Below are positions 1 through 9,004 of a stretch of 64,000 nt of DNA, piece after piece. The first letter of the stretch is position 1. Every line of letters starts with the position of its first letter. The DNA is from Lachnospiraceae bacterium. Lineage in GTDB: Bacteria > Bacillota_I > Bacilli_A > RFN20 > CAG-826. The position numbers were made by a program, and so were the translations under genes. The stretch covers positions 1,219 through 65,218 of the forward strand of contig CAVKLJ010000003.1 in the NCBI GenBank assembly GCA_963657245.1, read 5' to 3'. Below the pieces are notes generated by a model. It was not told the DNA's origin, ran no database searches, and saw only the letters and a program-made list of their open reading frames with translations.

Positions 1-50
1 TGGGCGATAAAGCAAATTCTCCGGTTGAAGGCTCATAATATAACGCTTTA

Positions 51-560
51 TCAATTATTTTTATATTTCTCATTTTCTATGCTTTTCTTTGCGATATCGT
101 ATATTGTCTTTCCAACGTCTTCTTTTATAAGATAATAACGTGTATAAGCCTCCCCAAAAGCGAATCTTGCGTCATTTCTCGCGGTAAGACAACAACACGC
201 GTAATTGTAAAGAACATTTAGGCGGCTTATTGAATCTTTCCTAACTGTAACTCCATTTAAATCTTGGTCGAAATTTGATGACTGTTTGATTCTCTCGTGA
301 TATTCGTCATTGCTGAGCTCGGACGGTAAATTGTTTTTTAAAAGATAGATTATTCTTCCATCTAAATCATCGAAGTATACGAGCTCACTTTTCTCGCCTC
401 GAGCAGCGTAGAAACGATAACTATCTGAGTTGAGATTAAGGAAATTCTCAATTTTACTAATTTCCTTATATTTTTCGCGCATAGTGTCTTCTGAATAGCA
501 AGACGATAAGACAACTGACGTAAAAATGAAAAATATGTGGAACGTTTTAGGGCTTAGCAT
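51..560 (-). CDS. hypothetical lipoprotein-like protein (169 aa)
   Basis: ORF track. The N-terminal hydrophobic signal ends in a lipobox-like LSSC. A 7-nt overlap with the upstream ORF 554..1855 suggests an operon. No family recognised. Confidence 0.55.
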   Translation of the reverse strand: MLSPKTFHIFFIFTSVVLSSCYSEDTMREKYKEISKIENFLNLNSDSYRFYAARGEKSELVYFDDLDGRIIYLLKNNLPSELSNDEYHERIKQSSNFDQDLNGVTVRKDSISRLNVLYNYACCCLTARNDARFAFGEAYTRYYLIKEDVGKTIYDIAKKSIENEKYKNN

Positions 561-1855
561 AGTGAAAAAATGTATTTGCAGAACTTCTCTGCAACAGCCT
601 TTCTAACTTCTTTTGTAGGTGTAACGTTATTGCTCTTCATTATCTTGAATTTCATATCACAAATAGCATTAGATGTGTAATAGGCTGTTGATTCAGTAAC
701 TGTGCCATCAGAGTAAACCAAGCCTAAAGCATCATAGATCTCTTTGACGAATCTTTGATTTTTTGTTCCTGTCCATAATCCATCTTTCCCTCTCATGACC
801 GCATCAACAAAATAGTTTATTCGCTGCGTATCATTGTGAACTGAACCATAATAATCTCTTAAGGAATCCGAAGTTCTTCCTGGACCAGTCAAATATAAGT
901 CTGTAATGTTGACTGCATCAATGTCAGCATATATATCTGATTCTGAGCAACCATAATCTCCACTCATGATATCTTCAAAAGAACATTTACTTAATTCGGC
1001 CAAATCAAATGTATCTTCGTTGTTGTCAATCTTGCTTTGAATGGCATTTGCAGCCTGTTGCAAATCTCCAGCCCACGATACCAATTCATGAGTTAAACTA
1101 GGAAAAATAGTTGGAGCATACAATCCTTTTTTCGCATCAAATAAAGTCCAGTCATAGCATCCGTCCATAGAGGCAAACATGTGGATCAAATCGATTTTAT
1201 GCCTGTTTGTCACAGGATCCCTAAAATAAGAAAAATAGTTACTATCGTTGCCACGTTCATCAGCATGCGGATTCATTAGCGAAGTCGTTGGATGCATCAC
1301 AGAACAATAGTTCCTGTTTGAAACAAAATTTGAAAAATACCCTCTACAATCTTTCATGTTATCAATTAATGCGGTAAGCCTAGGATCAACAGTTCCTGCA
1401 GTTGCTACCCAGGCCAAATCTACCGATGCGCCATCTGTAACATAATTCGAATTAAAGCTACGAACGTAGCCCAATACTGCATTATTCATATAAAGCGGAT
1501 CGGGATTAACTTTATAGGTTTGGTAAGTTATTGCTGTATTCTCAGCTGCAATAAGTTTTTCCCTTAGCTCGCTAAGGTCGCTGTGGAAGGTGGACACGCC
1601 AACTATCTTCTGTTTCCCTTTCGTCACTCTGTAGAAATAGCCTGATTCGTCCTGCTCAACGCCCCAGCCCATCGCCTCGACCGCCTCGGCAGATCCGGCG
1701 TCGACATAGCATTTAGTTCCTAAAGGCGCCTCCTCCGTCCTCACGAAATATTTGGAGCCAGTATCGGAAACGACGCATTCGTTTGCCGTAGGTTTCGTGT
1801 CGGCACCCAAAATCGCCGAAATGGCGGCGGCGCCTAAAACCAACAGATCAGTCAT
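554..1855 (-). CDS. hypothetical secreted protein (433 aa)
   Basis: ORF track. Signal-like N-terminus LLVLGAAAISAILGA followed by DTKP. No recognisable catalytic family. The first ~70 codons are visibly GC-rich compared with the rest of the gene. Confidence 0.6.
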   Translation of the reverse strand: MTDLLVLGAAAISAILGADTKPTANECVVSDTGSKYFVRTEEAPLGTKCYVDAGSAEAVEAMGWGVEQDESGYFYRVTKGKQKIVGVSTFHSDLSELREKLIAAENTAITYQTYKVNPDPLYMNNAVLGYVRSFNSNYVTDGASVDLAWVATAGTVDPRLTALIDNMKDCRGYFSNFVSNRNYCSVMHPTTSLMNPHADERGNDSNYFSYFRDPVTNRHKIDLIHMFASMDGCYDWTLFDAKKGLYAPTIFPSLTHELVSWAGDLQQAANAIQSKIDNNEDTFDLAELSKCSFEDIMSGDYGCSESDIYADIDAVNITDLYLTGPGRTSDSLRDYYGSVHNDTQRINYFVDAVMRGKDGLWTGTKNQRFVKEIYDALGLVYSDGTVTESTAYYTSNAICDMKFKIMKSNNVTPTKEVRKAVAEKFCKYIFSLC

Positions 1856-1983
1856 GTATAGCCCTCTTTTCTCTACAAATCAAATTATAGTTAAGTCTTA
1901 TCTTTTGTCAACTTAAATATTTTTTAACGTCAATTAGTAAAAAATATCAAGAAAGCTCACAACAAGAAAAATACATTTATCGG

Positions 1984-2009
1984 CAAAAAAACGGCTTTTT
2001 ACAGCCGTT
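1984..2009 (-). terminator. intrinsic terminator downstream of the hemolysin-III gene
   Basis: Hairpin AACGGCT(1990-1996)/AGCCGTT(2003-2009) with a 6-nt loop, followed on the minus strand by a run of T (A-run 1984-1990 on plus). Confidence 0.65.
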
Positions 2010-2027
2010 ATTTCGTTTTTAGAAACA

Positions 2028-2735
2028 TTAAATTACGTAGAAGTATATCGAGAAGAACATCAGTATCGATCCAAGCAATACAAACAAATGGAAGACAAAA
2101 TGGAACCATTGATTCTTCTTACCACCAATGCCATATAGGACTGCGCCAATCGTATATGAGATGCCGCCCATCAACAGGAGGAAAGTTCCGTTCATAAATC
2201 CGATTGACATTGTTAATGGATAGAAGGAAATGATTATTGCCCAACCGGTGAATAAATAATCAATCATTGAGAATACAGCAAATTTCTTTAAATCGATGAA
2301 GTTTAAGATGATGCCAATAATGCCAAATAGAATTACAACACCATAAATCGACCAAGCCCATGTAGCAGAATAATTTCTAAGAGCCACTAAGCAATATGGT
2401 GAATACGTTCCGATAATAAGAGTAAAGATATTGCAATGATCCAACACTCTCCAAACACGTTTGGTATCAGATTTTGGAAGACCGTGGTAGATAGCTGATC
2501 CTAAATAAGTAATCATCGCTCCAAGGAAGAATAAAGAGCATCCGACTATTGCCCAAGGATCATGCGACCTTGCAGCCTTCACGATCATAAATGGGAATCC
2601 TAAGAGGCAAAGAAACACCCCGAAGGCGTGAGAGAGCGAATTCGCGATCTCTTGATTTTCTGTGTATTGTGGTAATGTAACTTCTCTTGCTTTCATGCCA
2701 TTATGATAATCACTTCTCGTTTCTATTGCAAGCAC
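2028..2735 (-). CDS. hemolysin III / PAQR family membrane channel protein
   Basis: About 7 hydrophobic helices. PAQR-type motifs are present (NSLSHAFG near the N-terminus, LDHCNIF, C-terminal HFVFHLFVL). Start is uncertain: GTG at 2735 or ATG at 2696. Confidence 0.8.
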   Translation of the reverse strand: MLAIETRSDYHNGMKAREVTLPQYTENQEIANSLSHAFGVFLCLLGFPFMIVKAARSHDPWAIVGCSLFFLGAMITYLGSAIYHGLPKSDTKRVWRVLDHCNIFTLIIGTYSPYCLVALRNYSATWAWSIYGVVILFGIIGIILNFIDLKKFAVFSMIDYLFTGWAIIISFYPLTMSIGFMNGTFLLLMGGISYTIGAVLYGIGGKKNQWFHFVFHLFVLLGSILMFFSIYFYVI

Positions 2736-2810
2736 ATCTTGTTTTAAATACTAGATAATTTTTAAACGTTTGTATTTTTAATCAAATTTTATTCTGTATA
2801 TAATAGGTAT

Positions 2811-4052
2811 ATGAAAGCATTGGTTTTATGTGGCGGAGGATCATTAGGATCCTATGAAGTGGGAGTCTGGAAATACTTCGAAGAAAAAGGAATTCATTTC
2901 GATTTAGTAACAGGAACATCGATTGGCGCATTGATAGGTGCGATGTATGTTTCTGGAGATTATGAGAAATGCGTTAGCCTTTGGGAAAAGGTTTCTGTCG
3001 ATGATGTGATGGCAAATGGCATTAACATCGGAAAGAAAGTCTTTAAAAACATGACTCCGTCAAAAGTCATGGCTTTTGCTGGTTCGTATATTAAGAATGC
3101 TGGTGCTGATATTGGCCCATTCAAAAAACTTTTAAGAGAAAACGTCGATCCTAAAAAAGTGAAGGAAAGCAAAATACCTCTTGGTATTGTCACCACCGCT
3201 TATCCATCAATGAAACAAATCAATAAAACTTCCGATAAAATGAAGGAAGAGGAGATTTTAACTTTCTTAGAAGCGTCAGCTTCATGTTGGCCAATCTTCC
3301 CAGTGCTAAAGGTTGGCAAAAACAAATATGTTGATGGAGGAATGTCTGATAACCTTCCAATAGATTTAGCCATAAAGATGGGCGCAACGCAAATTGTTGC
3401 CGTTAAGTTAAAGTCATATCCACCTGTTCCGCAACATCAAGAATTAATGGAATTACCATTCGTAACTACCATTTCATCGATTCATGACTTAGGTGGAATC
3501 ATGGATTTCGACCATGACGTGTTGATGAGAAACATGCAACTCGGTTATTTAGATACAAAAAAGAAATTTGGTGACGCATTAGGAAAATACTACACGTTCT
3601 CCTCTTTAGAACCATTCAAAGGAATGGCAGAAGATTTCATAAGAGAATGCGTCGAAGACGATCCTCTCCTCTGGAAGAAAATACAGAAGTCCCTTGAAAA
3701 AGAAGGATATAAATGTAAAACATCTGAACACACCTTCATCGCAACAATGGAAATCATCGGAAAGATTTTAAAAATCTCTCCTTATGAAGAATATACGATC
3801 GAAACTTTCTATAAAGCCTGTGTGAATAGCTGCATAGAACTTTTAAAAGATAAACCTGCAACAAACGAATTTAAGAAGATCAAAACCAATAGAGCTTTGC
3901 CAAAAAATCTTGAACCAGCATTCCTCTCTTATTTATATAACTGTTATATCAATGGACACAAACCAACGAATGCCAAATTCTATTTCCAAAGCTCTCCAAA
4001 TACAGTTTTAATTACAGTCTTGATGAAGAACTTAATTGGTAAGATACATTAA
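2811..4052 (+). CDS. patatin-like phospholipase (413 aa)
   Basis: Oxyanion motif CGGGSLGS, nucleophile elbow G-T-S-I-G, and catalytic Asp in VDGGMSDN. Confidence 0.85.
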   Translation: MKALVLCGGGSLGSYEVGVWKYFEEKGIHFDLVTGTSIGALIGAMYVSGDYEKCVSLWEKVSVDDVMANGINIGKKVFKNMTPSKVMAFAGSYIKNAGADIGPFKKLLRENVDPKKVKESKIPLGIVTTAYPSMKQINKTSDKMKEEEILTFLEASASCWPIFPVLKVGKNKYVDGGMSDNLPIDLAIKMGATQIVAVKLKSYPPVPQHQELMELPFVTTISSIHDLGGIMDFDHDVLMRNMQLGYLDTKKKFGDALGKYYTFSSLEPFKGMAEDFIRECVEDDPLLWKKIQKSLEKEGYKCKTSEHTFIATMEIIGKILKISPYEEYTIETFYKACVNSCIELLKDKPATNEFKKIKTNRALPKNLEPAFLSYLYNCYINGHKPTNAKFYFQSSPNTVLITVLMKNLIGKIH

Positions 4053-4656
4053 TGAAGTTGCCAATAGCCAAACAGCAATCAACAACAACCATATTTTTCA
4101 ATATTAAAATGACTTAATTGAATTTTCACGTAATTAAGAATCGTTTTAACTTTGCAGCCAATGGCCACCAGCTTGTAGCCATTCGTTTTTGTAGAATTTA
4201 AGGAATGTTCCATCAATGCTATCTAGTTTGTCCCGCAATCTAAAAGCAAAAACATATTTTGTTTTTATCAAAAAACGAGCAGTAAATAAACTATAGATAA
4301 AATTCCAACGTTCTTATTAAGAAAATTATATTGACGTATTAAATCTTTTACGCATATATTTTTGCTTGCTTATTTTGAAATTTTATAAACGACTATTACA
4401 TAGAGTTATTAATACCAAATAATAATCGTTTAGTGCGTAATTTGTATATATTGTGTTAAATTTTGTATATATAAGTTCCATTCGGTTAAAAATGAAAATA
4501 ATTGGTGAGCAATTGCTCGCCAATTACGGTTGACTTTTTCATTTGATCTATTTTAAAGTCTTAAACTTATATCAGCAAAGAAGACTAATCGCGCTATCTC
4601 TTTTAATGTGTCAGCAAAGACTTTTTGACGTCTATATATAATTGGAGGCATCAAAA

Positions 4657-5628
4657 ATGGATAGAGAAAATATCAAGAGAAGGGCATATTTAAACGATTT
4701 GGAGAAAATAAGGCAAACGATTGATAATTATCAAAACGAAGCGATATTATCAGTTTACAGTGCAATGATAATGACTTATCACGGAATCGGAACAATAATA
4801 AACAAAAGGAAAAATTGGGGTAACAAATATATAAACGATTTGTCAAACGATTTAAGAAAATATGGCAAGGGATATTCAACAACAAATTTGAAGTTAATGT
4901 GCCAATTTGCAAATGAGTTTAATAAAGAGGAACTAGCTAGAGGTGTGTGCCAAAAAATACCTTGGTTTACTATCGTAGAGATAATGCGAAAATCTCATTC
5001 GCACGAGGAAATGTTGTGGTACATTCAAGAAACGAAAAGAAACGGTTGGTCTAGAGTTTTTGTTCTGAACCAAATGGCCATGAAAGCTTATGAAGGAAGC
5101 CTTATTTCTCCATCAACCACCGAAATTGCAAAAGCAAACGATCTCGCAAATGAATTGTTTAAAGACACATATGTTTTTGATTTTTTAGATAAAGAAAAAA
5201 TCAAAACGGAAAAAGATCTTAAAAATCAACTAGTCAATTACATATTAAAATTTTTAAGTGAGTTAGGTCCTGGGTTTTCGCTTGTCGGTAAAGAATACAA
5301 ATTAGAAACGCCAAGTAAAAAAGACTTTTATATAGACCTACTCATGTACCACACAAAAATTCACGCTTATGTCGTAATCGAAGTAAAGCTTGGAGAGTTT
5401 GTTCCATCAGATTTAGGACAATTAGTTTTCTATGTAAATGCAATAGATGATTTGGAAAGAACGGAGTTAGATGAGGAAACAATAGGTTTGTTGCTTTGCA
5501 AAGAAGCGGATGCATATGTAGCTAAGACATCCCTTTCGAAGTCTAGCGCTAAACTTGGAATCTCAAAATACAAATTAATAGATGAATTACCTGATTATTT
5601 GATCAGAAGACTAAATGAAAAAATGTAG
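4657..5628 (+). CDS. PD-(D/E)xK nuclease family protein, YhcG/DUF1016-like
   Basis: Start moved to ATG 4657, 8 nt behind GGAGG (4644-4648). The C-terminal core FYIDLLMY...YVVIEVKLGEF matches the D...E-x-K nuclease motif typical of DUF1016. Confidence 0.75.
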   Translation: MDRENIKRRAYLNDLEKIRQTIDNYQNEAILSVYSAMIMTYHGIGTIINKRKNWGNKYINDLSNDLRKYGKGYSTTNLKLMCQFANEFNKEELARGVCQKIPWFTIVEIMRKSHSHEEMLWYIQETKRNGWSRVFVLNQMAMKAYEGSLISPSTTEIAKANDLANELFKDTYVFDFLDKEKIKTEKDLKNQLVNYILKFLSELGPGFSLVGKEYKLETPSKKDFYIDLLMYHTKIHAYVVIEVKLGEFVPSDLGQLVFYVNAIDDLERTELDEETIGLLLCKEADAYVAKTSLSKSSAKLGISKYKLIDELPDYLIRRLNEKM

Positions 5629-5630
5629 CG

Positions 5631-5654
5631 AAAAAGCCACCATTTCTGGTGGCT
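5631..5654. terminator. bidirectional terminator hairpin between the DUF1016 gene and gpmA
   Basis: AGCCACCA(5635-5642)-TTTC-TGGTGGCT(5647-5654). On the minus strand (gpmA side) it is followed by TTTTT. The T content on the plus side is weaker. Confidence 0.7.
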
Positions 5655-5710
5655 AGCATTTATATTCTTAATCTAAATATCAGAATATCAATGGTATTTC
5701 TCGCTTATTT

Positions 5711-6418
5711 TTATAAATAATACTTATTTAAGACTTTGAGATCTTTTTCGTCTAATTCATAAACAAGTGGTTTACCTGTTGGGATTTCGACGGAAATGAT
5801 TTGTTCTGGTGTTAAATGTTCAAGCATCATAACAATAGAACGTAAGGAGTTACCGTGAGCAGCGATTAAGACTTTCTTACCGGCTTTGATTTCTGGAGCA
5901 ATCTTGGCATCGAAATATGGCTTAACACGGTTTGCAGTATCAATTAAGCACTCGGTTAATGGGCAATCTTCGATTGTCATTTCACCTTTGGCAATTAATT
6001 CTTTGTACTTCTCTTGGTTTCCTGGCCATCTTTCATCATCTTTTGTTAATGGAAGAGGTGGTACGTCAGCGCTTCTTCTCCAGATATGGACTTGTTCAGC
6101 ACCCCATTTTTCTGCAGATTCAGCTTTGTTTAATCCTTGAAGAGCGCCATAATGACGTTCATTTAATCTCCATGTGTAGAACTTTGGGATAGAGGTTTCA
6201 CCCATTTCTTCAAGAGCGTATTCCATTGTGTGGTTTGCTCTCTTTAAAACTGAGGAGAAAGCAAGATCGAAACTATAGCCTTTTTCTTTTAAAAGTTTTC
6301 CTGCTTCGTGAGCTTCTTTAACTCCTTGCTCACTAAGTTCAACGTCTGTCCAACCAGTGAAAAGGTTCTTTAAGTTCCACTCAGATTGGCCGTGTCTAAT
6401 TAATACTAATTTAATCAT
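5711..6418 (-). CDS. gpmA: 2,3-bisphosphoglycerate-dependent phosphoglycerate mutase
   Basis: Full-length dPGM. N-terminal LVLIRHGQSEWN catalytic-His motif, RHYG, and C-terminal AAHGNSLR. Confidence 0.95.
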   Translation of the reverse strand: MIKLVLIRHGQSEWNLKNLFTGWTDVELSEQGVKEAHEAGKLLKEKGYSFDLAFSSVLKRANHTMEYALEEMGETSIPKFYTWRLNERHYGALQGLNKAESAEKWGAEQVHIWRRSADVPPLPLTKDDERWPGNQEKYKELIAKGEMTIEDCPLTECLIDTANRVKPYFDAKIAPEIKAGKKVLIAAHGNSLRSIVMMLEHLTPEQIISVEIPTGKPLVYELDEKDLKVLNKYYL

Positions 6419-6518
6419 TTATAAATTAATCCTTTCCTGACGATGCTTATTATAAAGCATAATGAAGTTGATTATCATTTCTTTTCTTTAGTTATCGAAG
6501 TTTCGTTATAATAAGCCC

Positions 6519-6932
6519 ATGGAAAAGAAGTTATTTATCGCATCAGCAAACAAGGATGAAAGCCAATTCAAGCGTTTCATCAGCAATTTAAAAGACGGAG
6601 GATTTGACGTTCTCCGAGCAGGAAAAGAAATCAACGATACTGATTTGTATTTTCTTGATTTATCAAACACCACTCTTCCCGAGTTGGAAGAAAAATACCC
6701 TTGGTTAGAAAGTGAGCTAAAACGTAGCAACGTTCTTCATCTACGTGTCTTACCATTATTGATCTATGATTCAAAAAAAGAAGATCCATTCGACAAATTC
6801 GATGATGGACCTTCAGAAATTTACGAAGAAGTTTTCTCAGAAGAATTCAAGCCTTACGCTTATGATATAAGTAATCCTGATTCTTCTAATTCAGAGTTGA
6901 AACATGTTCTCTCGTTATATTACGTCCGTTAA
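6519..6932 (+). CDS. hypothetical protein with TIR-like N-terminal pattern (137 aa)
   Basis: ORF track. KLFIASANKDESQFKRFISNLKDGGFDV ... LYFLDLS...PWLESELKRS ... RVLPLLIYD follows the strand/helix order and spacing of TIR_2-type domains. Assigned by eye only. Confidence 0.5.
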   Translation: MEKKLFIASANKDESQFKRFISNLKDGGFDVLRAGKEINDTDLYFLDLSNTTLPELEEKYPWLESELKRSNVLHLRVLPLLIYDSKKEDPFDKFDDGPSEIYEEVFSEEFKPYAYDISNPDSSNSELKHVLSLYYVR

Positions 6933-6949
6933 CGTTTAACGGACTTTTT
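6924..6949 (+). terminator. terminator hairpin shared by convergent genes
   Basis: GTCCGTTAA(6924-6932)-CGT-TTAACGGAC(6936-6944) followed by TTTTT (6945-6949). Both convergent stop codons (plus 6930-6932, minus 6929-6931) lie inside the left arm of the stem. Confidence 0.7.
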
Positions 6950-9004
6950 AAATAAGACTCCTTTTGTGTGCTCGAGATATTCCTCTTCTTTTTCGGCACG
7001 ATAGATTCCATATTTGTTTTCATTAGCCGCAATATCATTTTCAAATGGTGCCACAAATGATGGGATTCTTGGCATGAAGTAAAGGAATATCCATAAGACA
7101 AAATACAAAGCAAGAAAAGCCAATAAGGCAAATAATGTAACCTGAGATCTAAGATATTTGAAAGCGAAATACGTTCCTTCAACGATAATTCCAAATACAA
7201 CATAATTTCCAAATAATGTGTATATCGAGAAGAATTTCTTTTCGTAGGCCCCACACATAGAAAGAATGAGCAATGCGATGAATAAAGGTGCAATCTCAGG
7301 AATCAAGCACATCACGCTATCGCTAAATGTAGGCATGATTAATATCAAGCCAACATGAACAAAATAAAGAATTAATGCCCATGCAGCGTGTCCTGTTTTC
7401 CCTTTCTTAAAAGCGCTAAGCACTCCACCAAGAATAAAAGGCGAAGCAGCAAAGAAAACAATTCCTCCATAGCGGAGCATTATATTTTGCATATATTCAA
7501 TTCCGGTGATGTATCCCATTCTTCTTGCAAGACAAACCAGGAAAAGGGCTGGCAGGAACGAGATAGCAAAGGCCTTGCTAAGAAATAAAGAAGGATCGTA
7601 ATGTGGCTTCTCAAGTTCAACAGGTCTTTCAAGCGGATTAACCTTTAATGCCGCTTCTTCTACTAACATAGGCAAGAAACAAACAGAGAAATAAGTAACG
7701 CCAGCAAAATCAAGATAATGTAAGCTGTCGTTTTCTGTCATTGTTCTTCCTAAGATGCAAAGATACGTAAATAAATAGAACCAAGAGTAATTGCTCTTTC
7801 TAAGGAATGCTCTAACAATAAGATAAATTCCAAACCCCCAAATAAGCGCTTCATAAGCAATGCCTACAAAGCCGTTTTGAGCAAGTACTAAACCCCATGA
7901 ATTATCAATGATCGAATAATATGAAGCGTTGCCGCATTTAATAAAGCTAAGCGCTCTATATTCATTACCATAGCCAAAGCCAAAGATTAGAGACCAAATG
8001 CCATTTTCTTTAATGGCATCAAAAGGGATTGTGACTGAAATGAATCTAATTTCAAAAGACCACTTAGACGCTTTATAGAAGTTGGCTTTAAAAAATTCCC
8101 AATATCTAGAAGCAAAAGCAAATACTCCAGTATCATGTCTAAACATGACGATAAAAATAAAACCTGCAAATATGAGCAAAGCAAAGAATATGAGATAAAT
8201 ACCCCTACCAACTTTGTTATATTTAAAAGCTCTAAATGTCGCAAAAATCCAAAAAGCCCCAAAGAAACACGCCCCAATTATCATGCAAGTCTTAGAGAAA
8301 AGGAAGAGTTGATTAAGCAAGAAGAAAAGCATTACTGGCCATCTCCACCAGTGAGGACGCTCAACCTCAAAATAGGCTTCACCTATTAAGGCCATAAAAA
8401 GAATAATTGCGTAAACATTACGATGAGGAGTAAAGGAAACAGGAACAGTATTTGTATTTCCATCAAATTTCATGCTTCCATCAAAAAGACTTCTATAAAG
8501 GTTTGCTTCAAAGATATATGAATAAGCAACTGCCACTAATCCAGATAATATGGCAACAAAGAACACCAAGCCTATCGTTCGCTTTCCACTGATCAGTTTT
8601 GGAACAATTGCAATAATCTCATAGAGAGATGTAAAGAGAAGGATTGCCAAAAGAATATATCTAACTCTCAAGGCAAAGGTGAATTGTCCTACAAGTTCTC
8701 CGTTGTACAAAACACCATTAAAAAGAGCGATTGGCACTATCGCCAAAATCATAAAGAGCAGACAGAAGCCAAACACTGGCCAATTGATTCTTACCTTGAA
8801 ACTACGCCAGGCAAAAAAGAACACCGCTCCTTCTAAGACAAACATGGCTATTGCCGAAATCAAAAATTCAAAATTTGTGAAATTAAAATCTGTTTTCCAA
8901 TTTGTAAATGCTTTTCCTTCAAAAAAGAAAGAAATTGCGCACAACAAAAAAGCCGACAATAAAAATCCTAATATATATCGTTTATTCGTCTTACTACTAT
9001 TCAT
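6929..9004 (-). CDS. polytopic membrane protein, O-antigen ligase/polymerase (Wzy_C)-like
   Basis: 691 aa with more than 12 hydrophobic segments. GFGYGNEY...IIDNSWGLVLAQNGFVGIAYEAL resembles the Wzy_C signature (G-x-G ... [H/D]N-x-[yw]-l-x-v-l-a-e-x-G-x-x-G). Confidence 0.55.
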   Translation of the reverse strand: MNSSKTNKRYILGFLLSAFLLCAISFFFEGKAFTNWKTDFNFTNFEFLISAIAMFVLEGAVFFFAWRSFKVRINWPVFGFCLLFMILAIVPIALFNGVLYNGELVGQFTFALRVRYILLAILLFTSLYEIIAIVPKLISGKRTIGLVFFVAILSGLVAVAYSYIFEANLYRSLFDGSMKFDGNTNTVPVSFTPHRNVYAIILFMALIGEAYFEVERPHWWRWPVMLFFLLNQLFLFSKTCMIIGACFFGAFWIFATFRAFKYNKVGRGIYLIFFALLIFAGFIFIVMFRHDTGVFAFASRYWEFFKANFYKASKWSFEIRFISVTIPFDAIKENGIWSLIFGFGYGNEYRALSFIKCGNASYYSIIDNSWGLVLAQNGFVGIAYEALIWGFGIYLIVRAFLRKSNYSWFYLFTYLCILGRTMTENDSLHYLDFAGVTYFSVCFLPMLVEEAALKVNPLERPVELEKPHYDPSLFLSKAFAISFLPALFLVCLARRMGYITGIEYMQNIMLRYGGIVFFAASPFILGGVLSAFKKGKTGHAAWALILYFVHVGLILIMPTFSDSVMCLIPEIAPLFIALLILSMCGAYEKKFFSIYTLFGNYVVFGIIVEGTYFAFKYLRSQVTLFALLAFLALYFVLWIFLYFMPRIPSFVAPFENDIAANENKYGIYRAEKEEEYLEHTKGVLFKKSVKR

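Noticed and set aside
1-36. Possible start of a minus-strand gene (ATG at 36..34) running off the left edge.
   Set aside because: Only 12 codons are visible, which is too little evidence for a feature.
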